Shown: positions 45,625 to 54,400 of the stretch, in pieces | How the letters are laid out: the number at the start of each line of letters is the position of its first letter | Numbering within the stretch: position 1 is the first letter of the stretch | Source of the DNA: a virus | Taxonomy: Duplodnaviria > Caudoviricetes | Virus record (IMG/VR): IMGVR_UViG_3300042317_000235 | Span: 493 to 64,492 of that record | Direction: 5' to 3' (one strand) | DNA: 64,000 bases | Position numbers and translations under genes: made by a program | The notes under the pieces: generated by a model | Database searches by the model: none | What the model was told of the DNA's origin: nothing | What the model saw: only the letters and a program-made list of their open reading frames with translations

Positions 45625-45695
45625 AACTATTAAACCTTCAAGTAATCCCAGCCACGGAAAATCTCCGCAAGGCTAACAAACACTTACCAGCATAG
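45621..45695 (+). pseudogene. 24-aa remnant of an HNH endonuclease C-terminus
   Basis: MKLLNLQVIPATENLRKANKHLPA; NLQVIPAxENLRKxNK resembles the end of phage HNH proteins. Confidence 0.55.
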
Positions 45696-45704
45696 GAGAT
45701 AGAG

Positions 45705-47720
45705 ATGGCGACACCAAAAATTACAACAGGGTATACACAACCCGGTACAAAACTGATTGTTAAACCTGATATAGCTAAGTACACAGATAAAAATGGTAAG
45801 GTTTCAGCTAAGTATCAAACAGATTTAACTAACTTCTATGCAAAAAGTACAGACCCTGAAGCGGTAAAGTATCGTACTGATGAGCTAACTAAAAAGTATG
45901 GAAGTCTAAAAGATGCGGACGGTAAAACGATATTCACGCCTACTTACATTAAAGCCCTTGCAGAGGGTATAGAACCTCCTGCGTCACTAGACAAAGCCGT
46001 TACTGATTGGGCTACGGCAAAAATGAAAGAAGCTACTAACTACGACTGGAATAACTTTTCTGGTGGTATAGGTTCAGTTGCTGCACAAAATCTATTAAGG
46101 TCCTTTGTTAAAGACCCTTCTCAAGTAGACACAGCACTTACCTTTAAATCATCTGGAGCGGACGTCACGCCTGAACAAAAGCAAGCTAATGCCGCAAACC
46201 TTGAAGCAAAAGTAGCTAAAGCTGAAAAAGATACGGCCACATTAGAAAACTATGACCCTAATGCAGGGGCATGGAACCCCTCTAAGAATACTCAAGCTAC
46301 TCCTTATGGGGATGTGCTAAGTGGACTTATATCGGGGTATAAAAACCCTTATGCGTCAGATTATGTAAATCCTTTAGCCGCAGTAGAAAAACCTAACCTT
46401 ACAAACATACAAACCCTCTTTAACAAAAACGCTATCCCACAAGACTTAGTGAGTTTGTTTAATTCTGCGGGTACTAACTATGCAGGGGGTACTCGTGCTA
46501 ACCCTCTAGTAAGACCTACCTTACCAAATAATGGGCTTGTAAAATTAACTCAGCCTAGTGCAACTGAATCAGCTGAACAATTAGCTAAACCAGGTGCGCC
46601 TGATACAACGAACACAACACTTCCTGTAGTTACTGATAAACCCCCTGTAGTTACGGATAAACCTCCTGTAGTTACGGATAAACCCCCTGTAGTTACTGAT
46701 AAACCTCCTGTAGTTACGGATAAACCCCCTGTAGTTACGGATAAACCTCCTGTAGTTACGGATAAACCCCCTGTAGTTACGGATAAACCTCCTGTAGTTA
46801 CTGATAAACCTCCTGTATTTACGTCAGAACAAGGAACCTCTTTTTTAGAAGGGGCCGCAACTAATATGGGTTATCAAGGTGACTTGACAGATATAGCAGC
46901 TATGCAGAGTTATATAACCCCTGCTAATCAAGCGGCCAGACTAGCAGCAGAAAAGGCAGCTGCTGAGAAAAAAGTACTTGCAGATAAAGCGGCAGCAGAA
47001 CAGGCAGGGCTAGTCGCATTAGCCAATCAACAAGCAGCAGATAAAGCAGCAAAAGAGAAAGCATCGGTGGTGCCATCTGTAAGTGCAGATTCTAATTTTA
47101 CATCTATTAACCCTAATACGTATGGACCTCAACAAGTAACGCTTGACCCTAATACTGTAGCTTTATCTAACTCCCCATCGGTAATTGCGGCTAATCGAGC
47201 AACGGCGGCAAATCAAGCAACGGTTGTTCCTTATTCAACATCAGTAGTACCGTCTGTAAGCGCCGGAAATAATTTTACAGGGATGTCTAACAATATAGGA
47301 CCTCAACAAGTAACGCTTAACCCTAATACTGTTGTGGATTCACCTAGTGGTATAAATGCTTTATCTGCACAAACAGTAGCTCTTCCACCGAGTGGACCTC
47401 AGCCTATTAACCCAAGTAACGGCGGACCTTCATCAGCTACTGTTGGACCTATCACCGCTGCTCAAAGAGACTTAGGGCCTTTAAATATATCTAACTTAGG
47501 TGCGGTAATTGGCCCTCAAGCTATGAACTCCAATGCAGGGGGCGTTGCGTCTTTAGTTGGCCCACAAGTTACAGTACAGCCTCAAACACAACCAGCCGTA
47601 ACACAGCAACCTGCACCTATACTTACTACTGGGATAGTTAATGGGGTAGGAACAAACCCCGCACTCCGAGCTAAGGTATTAGCGGCACAAGCTGCGCAAG
47701 CATCTAATATGAAAGTATAA
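45705..47720 (+). CDS. low-complexity probable internal virion protein with 9 x PVVTDKP
   Basis: ORF track; AGGAG RBS; tandem repeat. Confidence 0.7.
   Translation: MATPKITTGYTQPGTKLIVKPDIAKYTDKNGKVSAKYQTDLTNFYAKSTDPEAVKYRTDELTKKYGSLKDADGKTIFTPTYIKALAEGIEPPASLDKAVTDWATAKMKEATNYDWNNFSGGIGSVAAQNLLRSFVKDPSQVDTALTFKSSGADVTPEQKQANAANLEAKVAKAEKDTATLENYDPNAGAWNPSKNTQATPYGDVLSGLISGYKNPYASDYVNPLAAVEKPNLTNIQTLFNKNAIPQDLVSLFNSAGTNYAGGTRANPLVRPTLPNNGLVKLTQPSATESAEQLAKPGAPDTTNTTLPVVTDKPPVVTDKPPVVTDKPPVVTDKPPVVTDKPPVVTDKPPVVTDKPPVVTDKPPVVTDKPPVFTSEQGTSFLEGAATNMGYQGDLTDIAAMQSYITPANQAARLAAEKAAAEKKVLADKAAAEQAGLVALANQQAADKAAKEKASVVPSVSADSNFTSINPNTYGPQQVTLDPNTVALSNSPSVIAANRATAANQATVVPYSTSVVPSVSAGNNFTGMSNNIGPQQVTLNPNTVVDSPSGINALSAQTVALPPSGPQPINPSNGGPSSATVGPITAAQRDLGPLNISNLGAVIGPQAMNSNAGGVASLVGPQVTVQPQTQPAVTQQPAPILTTGIVNGVGTNPALRAKVLAAQAAQASNMKV
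46623..46811 (+). repeat. 9 x 21-bp coding tandem repeat
   Basis: CCTGTAGTTACKGATAAACCY. Confidence 0.92.
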
Positions 47721-47723
47721 CTT

Positions 47724-48152
47724 ATGATAACGCTGCACGCAGTACCTCTTGAGTTTATTCAGCAGACGTGGCCTTTAGCGAGGCCGCATATTGTGGCTGG
47801 TTTGCAGGAAGGGAGTGGTGAGAATTCACCTAACATGACGTATAATGACGACCATGTACTAAGCTATCTTGTTAACGGTAATTGGGAGCTTTTTGTGGCA
47901 GTAGATGAGAATAACGTAATGAGAGGCGCTGCAACTATTTCATACATTAACTACCCACTGCATCGAGTTGCGTTTATCACAGCGGTAGGGGGTAGGTTGA
48001 TTGCTACCCAAGATAGTTTTAACCAATTAAAAAATTTATTTAAAGCACGCGGGGCTACGATGATTCAAGGTTATGGAAGACCTGCTATCATAAGACTCTG
48101 GAGACGCTTTGACTTTCAACCCCGCAGTACCTTACTGGAAGTATCAATATGA
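47724..48152 (+). CDS. GNAT-fold-like phage protein
   Basis: RGAAT, VAFITAVGG, GATMIQGYGR. Confidence 0.55.
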   Translation: MITLHAVPLEFIQQTWPLARPHIVAGLQEGSGENSPNMTYNDDHVLSYLVNGNWELFVAVDENNVMRGAATISYINYPLHRVAFITAVGGRLIATQDSFNQLKNLFKARGATMIQGYGRPAIIRLWRRFDFQPRSTLLEVSI

Positions 48153-49759
48153 TTATTAAAAATGTTAAAAAGTATTTCTTTACCTATGTTGTACCTACTT
48201 TCTATGGTGGCGGGAGTGGTGGAGGTCAGAACACGACTGTGCAACAACGTAACATCCCTAAAGAACTCGCACCTTATTATGAAGTGCTACTAAACTCTAT
48301 GATGAAGCAAGGGTTCACCTCCAGTAATGAGCCTAAATCTACGCCAGCAAAACTTACAACCTACGAGCCTAAGTACGAAGCGCCTATTCATTACGCTAAG
48401 GGTGGAGAGGTTAAGCATTATGCAGGGACTACAGGAAGTGTTACATCTGTTGCAGATACATTAAAAACATTAGGTAGTCAATCTGGTGTACTTAACCCTA
48501 CAGGTATTAGACCCTACGAATTTTATGGGCAGAATACAGACCCCACATCTCCAGATTATAACACCGTAGACTATTCAAGTTATGTAGCACAGCCCACAGC
48601 ACTACAAGAACAGTCTTATAAAGCGGCTGGAGATATGGCTCTCCCCCAGCAAAATATTGCGGCGTCTAATTTAGTAGCAGCGGCAGGGCAAGGTGCTTTA
48701 AATACAGCTGGTACGGGGCTGGACTACGGTACTCGTGGGTATGATGCAGGACTTAATGCGGCTACTTTAGGTAATGCAGGGGCGGATACAGCAGCTCAGA
48801 ATGCAAATATACTCGGTAATAGTGCGCTTAACTATGGTGGCCTTGGCGCTATGATGGGAGCTGCTGGAGCAGCTTCGGGCAATATGTACGAAAATAAAGC
48901 CACTAATGCAGGGACTGTTCAGTCCTATATGAACCCCTACCTCGATGCATCACTAAAACCTCAACTTGCGTTGATGGACCAAGAGAATGCCATCGCTAAT
49001 CAGAAAGCGAACTCGCAAGCAGCTCAAGCTGGAGCCTATGGTGGTAGCCGTCAAATGATTGCAAACAACCTCAATGACCAGTCAAATAAACTAGCGCAAG
49101 CAAACCTTATCGGCCAAGGCTATAAATCAGCTTATGACACAGCGCAAAGTAATATCTTGCAAGGCTCGCAGCTTGGGCTTCAAGGCTATAACGCAGGGAT
49201 TCAAGGCGCCCAAACAGGACTTTCTGGTGTTAACGCCGCTACAGGTGCAGGGCAGTATGGGCTATCTGGTGTTGGTGCGGGTATAGAAGGGCAAAAAACC
49301 GCTATGCAAGGCGCTCAAACTGGGCTTTCTGGTGTAGGTGCTGCGCAAGCAGGGTACGGTCTAGCAGGTCAGCAAGGTCAGAACTTATCGAATATCGGTA
49401 ACACGCAGTTAGCACAGCAACAGTCGATTGCGGGAATGCAGAATTCCTATGGGGCACAGCAACAATCCCTTGACCAACAAGCTATCAATAACGCAATTAG
49501 TATTAAAGACTACCAACAAAAATACCCGTGGGAAATCCTAGGTGGTATATCGAATGCACTTAACGGTGTACAAACTGGGAGTATGACGGGGTTTACACCG
49601 GCGCCTAGTGCAATATCACAGTTTGGTGGTTTAGGTGCTACTGCTCTTGGTGCATATGGTGCTAATGGTGGGTTTAAAGCTAAGAAAGGTGGTAAAGTTC
49701 CTAGTAGTGGTGGTATCGGTGACTTAGCGGTGTATAACGCGATGAAAGGAGGAAAATAA
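48149..49759 (+). CDS. Gly/Gln/Ala-rich DNA-ejection (pilot-like) protein
   Basis: YMNPY, AGAYGGSRQ, YAKGG. Confidence 0.72.
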   Translation: MIIKNVKKYFFTYVVPTFYGGGSGGGQNTTVQQRNIPKELAPYYEVLLNSMMKQGFTSSNEPKSTPAKLTTYEPKYEAPIHYAKGGEVKHYAGTTGSVTSVADTLKTLGSQSGVLNPTGIRPYEFYGQNTDPTSPDYNTVDYSSYVAQPTALQEQSYKAAGDMALPQQNIAASNLVAAAGQGALNTAGTGLDYGTRGYDAGLNAATLGNAGADTAAQNANILGNSALNYGGLGAMMGAAGAASGNMYENKATNAGTVQSYMNPYLDASLKPQLALMDQENAIANQKANSQAAQAGAYGGSRQMIANNLNDQSNKLAQANLIGQGYKSAYDTAQSNILQGSQLGLQGYNAGIQGAQTGLSGVNAATGAGQYGLSGVGAGIEGQKTAMQGAQTGLSGVGAAQAGYGLAGQQGQNLSNIGNTQLAQQQSIAGMQNSYGAQQQSLDQQAINNAISIKDYQQKYPWEILGGISNALNGVQTGSMTGFTPAPSAISQFGGLGATALGAYGANGGFKAKKGGKVPSSGGIGDLAVYNAMKGGK

Positions 49760-49760
49760 G

Positions 49761-51455
49761 ATGATGAATACCCCTTCTATGTATTCTGTTGACCAGCTAC
49801 TTAAAGCTCGCCAAAACGGTGTACCCGACTATGTTGTAGTCCCCATGCTACAAAAAGCAATGGCGCAGAAGCAAGCGATGGCGCAGCAACAAGCGCTTCA
49901 ACAAGGCGCACCTAAACCACCCGTAGCACAGCAAATCCTAGACGCCGCTCATAATGATGTCATGCAAGAGCACATGGCTCGCCAAGTGGAAGAAGCTCCA
50001 GAACCTCGTGGGATTGACTCTTTGCCTAGTGGCATTGATGAAAGTGATTATGCAGGGGGTGGGATTATTGCTTTTAATGGTGAGGATGGGTCAGATGTAC
50101 CTGAAGCTGAAGAAGACCATAATATATTAGGTATTAGACCTATCGGCGCATCAACAGGGTTTCAAAAATTTAATTCCGAAGCTGATGCACTTAAAGAAGG
50201 GGATAGGCTTTTAGGTGTGTATGGGCGTAAACATAAGATTGATACGTTAGAAGGTGTTGTTAATAGATGGGCTCCTAAAGGAGACGGTGCTAACGACCCT
50301 GAAGCTTATGCTGCTATCGGACATAAAATGCTCGGTACTAAACCAGGTCAAAAGTTTAACTTAAATGACGCTACAGATAGAAGTAAAATACTGTCAGTAA
50401 TAAGTAAAGTCGAGCATGGTAAAAACTATAGTCCTGAGGATATTCAAGGGGCTACTCATAACAGAGATTCCCATTCCACTAAAGGTATTGCGTCTTTACC
50501 AGAAGCTAAGGGTAATATAGCGTTCCCAGCAGCACCAGAAGATTTATCGATGCCGCATAGTAAAGAGGAAGAGTCAGCTGCATATAAAGCGCAAGAAATA
50601 CAAGACTTACTAGGCGAAGACCCTAATGCGGCAAGACGTGAAGCACGCTTATCCAAGCGTGAAGCTGATTTAACTGAAGAAAAAGACCGTTCTCCTTGGT
50701 TAGCTCTAATGCAGGCTGGTCTAGCTACGATGGCGGGGACATCGCCTAATGCGTTTGCTAACATTGGTGCAGGGGCAACTGAAGGTCTAAAAGCCTATGG
50801 GGAAGCTCGTAAAGATATCAGTAAAAGCTCAGATAAACTTATGGACCTTCGTGACGAAGTTGAAACAGCACAACGCGCAGAGCAAAGAGCTATTAAACTT
50901 AAAGGGCTTGAAAGTGCTGAAGCTGCTAAAGCTGCAAATGTTAAAGCCGCTGCTGAAAACGAACTTCGTAGATATACACACGGTATAAAAGGCGCTGAAT
51001 ATGGACAGAAAGAAAGAGAGCTTGGAATAAAAGAGCAAAACATTGCTGGGGAAAATGAGTATCGCAGAGGGATGGTTAATGCTGCTCAAGAGAGGGCCGG
51101 TAATACTGGCGTAGATAGACCGTTAAACCTCCGTCAACAGGCTGTAGAACTTAGAGATTTAAAATCTGGGTATATAAACCAACTTAACGGTATTAAAAAA
51201 GATGGGGAACTGTCTGACGAAGAAAAAGCTCATATGGTAGGGAAACTAACCGAGCGTATTAACCTAATTAGTAAACACCAAGCAGGTATACTTAAAGGGG
51301 TATCCCCCAACGAAGACGACCTCGATGCAATCTCAGAACCTATAGCTGGATATGTAGCGCCTCCTGTAAAGGAGAAAGTGCCTTGGAATAAGACTACACC
51401 ACAGCCTACATCCCAAACATCTAACGGCGGGTTCTCTATTAGACCCAGAGTATAG
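49761..51455 (+). CDS. internal virion protein with lysozyme-like domain
   Basis: NILGIR..GFQKF...Y......TLEGVVNRWAP..DGANDPEAY; YAGGG. Confidence 0.68.
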   Translation: MMNTPSMYSVDQLLKARQNGVPDYVVVPMLQKAMAQKQAMAQQQALQQGAPKPPVAQQILDAAHNDVMQEHMARQVEEAPEPRGIDSLPSGIDESDYAGGGIIAFNGEDGSDVPEAEEDHNILGIRPIGASTGFQKFNSEADALKEGDRLLGVYGRKHKIDTLEGVVNRWAPKGDGANDPEAYAAIGHKMLGTKPGQKFNLNDATDRSKILSVISKVEHGKNYSPEDIQGATHNRDSHSTKGIASLPEAKGNIAFPAAPEDLSMPHSKEEESAAYKAQEIQDLLGEDPNAARREARLSKREADLTEEKDRSPWLALMQAGLATMAGTSPNAFANIGAGATEGLKAYGEARKDISKSSDKLMDLRDEVETAQRAEQRAIKLKGLESAEAAKAANVKAAAENELRRYTHGIKGAEYGQKERELGIKEQNIAGENEYRRGMVNAAQERAGNTGVDRPLNLRQQAVELRDLKSGYINQLNGIKKDGELSDEEKAHMVGKLTERINLISKHQAGILKGVSPNEDDLDAISEPIAGYVAPPVKEKVPWNKTTPQPTSQTSNGGFSIRPRV

Positions 51456-51463
51456 GAGTATTT

Positions 51464-54400
51464 ATGCCTTCATATATAGTAACTGCTCCAGACGGTAAAG
51501 AGTATGACGTAGACGCGCCGGAAGGCGCTACAGAAGAACAAGCACTAGACTATTTTAAATCTCAATGGAATGCTCAACCAGAAGAACTCCCTTCTCGTAC
51601 CGGTGCTGATATTGCTAAGGATATAGGTGTTACTGCAGGCAGAAGTGGTATCAGTGCACTTCAAGGGGTTGAGGGTTTAGCCGACTTACTTCCAGGGGTT
51701 AATGCAACTAAGTATCTTAGTGAGCATGGTGTTGACTTAGGAAAGGCTAAGGAGTATTTGCAAGAGAACGCATCTCCTCAACAGCAACAAGCCTATAAAA
51801 ACCTAACCGAAGCAAAAGGTGCAGGTAATATTCTAAGTGCAGCTATAGAAAATCCCTCTGCTGTAGCTGAGTTAGTTGGTGAGAATATTATCCCTATGCT
51901 TACAGGCGGGGCAGAGGCTAAACTACTAACTAAAGGTGTTCCTGCACTGGCGAAGTACGCACCGAGTATTGGTGAAGGTTTTGCACAGATGGGACAAGAA
52001 GCCCAGAAACTTACCGCAGAAGCTCCAGATAAAGAACTCTCAGGCAAAGGAGAGCTTGCCGCTTTAGGGTCAGGTGCACTAGATGCAGTTATTGGACGGT
52101 TTGCAGGTAAGCTTGTATCTAAAGCTGGCGGTACTAACGTAGAAGATACTCTATACGGTACACTTGCTAGAGATATGGGTGAAGAGGCTGCACGCAACCC
52201 CAGTGTTGTTAAACGAGTCCTTGTGTCTACGTTAGGTGAAGGTGCAGAAGAAGCACTTCAATCAGGGCAAGAGCGTATCTGGGATAACTATGCAAAAGGT
52301 GCTACTAACTTACCTACGCTGCTTGAAGGAGCTGTTGACGATGCAACATTAGGTTCTATCCTAGGTAGCGTTATGGGTGGCGGTGCATCTGCAATAAGCG
52401 GTAGAGGTGAGCAACAAGCACCAGAACAACCCGCAGTAGAACCAGTGCAACCTACGCAACCACAAGGGTTCTCAGAAAGAGATCGTAAAGTAGACATGGA
52501 GGACGGTCTTGAGCTTGCAGGGGTAAATCCAGACGACCACCCAGAACTGTATGCAGAGCTATCAGACCCAAGACACTACGAATCTGAAGAAACTATCAAT
52601 GCACTCGATGAGCGTTTGAAACGCTATAAGTCAGACGAAGCACCTGTAGAAGGTGAAGAAGATATAGATTTTGCCTCTGCTCTACCTAAAGAGTTTGATG
52701 ACACTGCATGGGAAGCTCACTTAGAAAAGCAACGCGAGTATGCGCGGCAGACAGCACCAGCGGCAGAACAGCCGCAGGCTGAGAATGTAGCGCCAGAAGT
52801 AACAGAGCCAGAAACAGAACCTACACTTAATGAAGAAGGCGGCTCATTCACTATCAATGGGCAGACAGCTACTTATACTAAAACAGGAGAACTAGAAGCC
52901 GGTGTACCACTGTACACAGTAGAGTATCCGATGCCCGATAATACTGTGGGTAAGCAGACTAATGTCACGATGGCTGACATTACTAAGATGTTTAAGCAAG
53001 GGTCTCAGACTACAGAACAAGTAGCACCCGAAACAGAACAAGAGGTACCCGAACCTATATCGTCAGTAGCTACATCAGATGCTATAACGGAGCATAACGT
53101 AGAGTCTTTGCAACCTCATCTTACACCAGAGATGAAACGCCTTGTTGAGAGCGGTAAGTTAACGCTTCACGATACTAGAGATACTCTACCAGACCAAACG
53201 CTCCCAGAAAATGTACAGGGGTATACATCTCCAGCAGGTGAAGTGCATTTAGTAGCTAATAAGCTTACCCCAGAGACGCTACCTAGAGTGGCGATGCATG
53301 AGATGGGTGTACACGTTGGTATGAGAGGTATGGTAGGTGATAAAGTCTGGGGGGATTTAACCTCTCAAGCTCTGACTACTAAAGGAGATGCGTTTGACCG
53401 TGCAAGACAGGCTGTTCCTGAGAATACGCCAGAACACTTAAAAGGTGAAGAAACCTTAGCATACCTAGTTGAGAACGCCCCCAAGCTACCTGTGGTAAAA
53501 CGTGCAATATCAGCGGTTAAAAACTGGGCACGCACTACATTCGGTGCAAAGTTAGATTTAACAGAAGCAGACGCTCATCACTTAGCCGCTAAAGCACTGC
53601 GTAGAGAGTCACAAACAGCTACTCGTGCACCGAGAGAAGAGACTGCATTCTCAGTAACCCCAAACTCAAAACTCCAAGAGCAAGTAGAGAAAGACCGTCA
53701 GGGTATGCGTCCTGCTACGGTTAAAAAGAAGAAAGGGCTTAAAGAGAGATTTAGTAAGTCTGGGGAAAATCTACAACGTGCGGCAGATGTGTATGAAACG
53801 CAATTCTTCAGTCATGATGCAGGCTTTATTAACACTGTGCGTAGAACACTAGAGGGTATGAAGCTTGACCCTAATTTAATAGGTAAACTCTTAGATAGAG
53901 TTTCTCAAGCACAGACTGTTAGTGACTCATCTATATCAGCAGAAGGGGCGTTATGTGGTAGTTTAGAGTACGATACAAATACCGACTTCTTTGTGGCTGT
54001 AGATAAAGCTGATAACTTAGTTACTATGCGCCAGATTATTGATGATGCAGGTACTGAGTACGGCTGGTCTGAAGAGGAGACTCATAAGTTCTTTACATCT
54101 TATATGGTAGCTGGGCGCTTGAAAGAGAAGTACGAGAAAGCGCGTGCTCTAAAAGTAGAAGCTAATAAACAAACTACACCTGCTGCAAAGGCTGAACTCT
54201 TTAAACAATCTCGTGAGATTACAGATACTCTTAAGCTGGGTATGACCGAGGAAGAGTGCGATGCTGCAAGAGAAGCCTACGAGTCAGTAGAGGGGTTTGT
54301 AAAGGCTGAGAAGATGTGGCATAAAGTCAGAGAAAATACGATTGACGTGCTTGTAAAATCGGGGCTCTACTCGAAAGAAAAAGCGGATGCTTATATGGAT

